Shown: piece after piece, positions 63,330 to 64,000 of the stretch
Layout: each line of letters opens with the position of its first letter
How positions within the stretch are numbered: position 1 is the stretch's first letter
NCBI GenBank assembly: GCA_963727895.1
Contig: CAVSHT010000005.1
Span: forward strand, 416,001-480,000
DNA: 64,000 bases
DNA from: an uncultured Methanosarcinaceae archaeon
Lineage (GTDB): Archaea > Halobacteriota > Methanosarcinia > Methanosarcinales > Methanosarcinaceae
Direction: 5' to 3'
Translations under genes and position numbers: made by a program
The notes under the pieces: model-generated
The model's database searches: none
The model's input: the letters and a program-made list of their open reading frames with translations, nothing else
What the model was told of the DNA's origin: nothing

Positions 63330-63983
63330 AAGAATGGTATAGTTGGCGGGCGTCAAAGGTACAAATGCCATGATTGTGGCTATAACTATACAGTAGAGAT
63401 AAAATCAACTGCTTTTTTCGCTTCTGTAAAAAGACAGGCTTTACAACTTTACCTTGAAGGATTGGGCTTTCGTTCAATAGGAAGAGTTTTAGGGGTGAGT
63501 CATGTTTCTGTCCAAAGATGGATCAAGAAATTTGGTCAGGAGTTAGAGGCTCTAAAAAGTGAAAGTGAGATATCTATTGTTGAAATGGATGAGATGCACA
63601 CTTACATCGGTAACAAAAAAAATATTGCTGGATCTGGATTGCTGTTGATAGAGTTGGGAAAAAGTTCATCAACTGCTCTTTTGATAGCAGAGGAACGGAA
63701 ACTGGAAAACTAATCTGGGAAAAAGTGAAGAAAAAAGAGATTGGAGAAGTGATGACAGATCACTGGAGAGCATATGCAGAGTTTCTTCCAGAAAAGATCC
63801 ATACTCAATCAAAAGCAGAAACGTATACTGTTGAAGGATATAACAGCATATTGAGGCACTTTCTAGCAAGGTTGAGAAGAAAGACAAAGTGTTATACAAA
63901 AAGTCTTGAAATGCTAAAGTACTCGGTTATTCTATTGATGAAATACAGAAATAAAGAGATAACTATATTTAGTTAACAATACC
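63330..63983 (+). mobile_element. IS1-family element, 5'-truncated
   Basis: IS1 sequence starts at the KNGIVGG codons; right TIR ttagttaacaatacc. Confidence 0.9.
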
Positions 63984-64000
63984 CCTGTTTTTATTCTTTG

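Noticed and set aside
63264..63713. Novel N-terminally extended InsA
   Set aside because: Chance fusion of flanking DNA to a 5'-truncated IS1.

Overview
AT-rich archaeal chromosomal segment, very likely a Methanosarcina (mch, methanogenesis marker 8, PKD/PGF-pre-PGF surface proteins, UPF0228, EchC-like subunit, and the conserved rpl15e-RNase P-psmA-SBDS-exosome-rpl37ae-rpoP superoperon at 51.1-59.3 kb). The segment from about 10.6 to 47 kb is accessory and heavily eroded: six IS1-family copies in the window, IS6, IS701 and IS110 elements or remnants, several MITEs, many pseudogenes and a tRNA-Leu(CAG) with att-like repeats. The strongest hunt result is an IS110 element nested inside an IS1 copy. 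Its 5' non-coding end folds, by eye, into a bridge-RNA-like double stem-loop whose internal loops match the IS1 insertion site and the element's own junction. Other leads are a segment-permuted nicotinamidase-like enzyme, two uncharacterised small proteins missing from the ORF track, a Trp-heptad secreted protein, an expanded repeat array complementary to a small-ORF 3' UTR, and an orphan EchC-like gene behind a desulforedoxin/DUF2180/CMD cluster. All calls come from manual reading; no database searches or folding programs were run.
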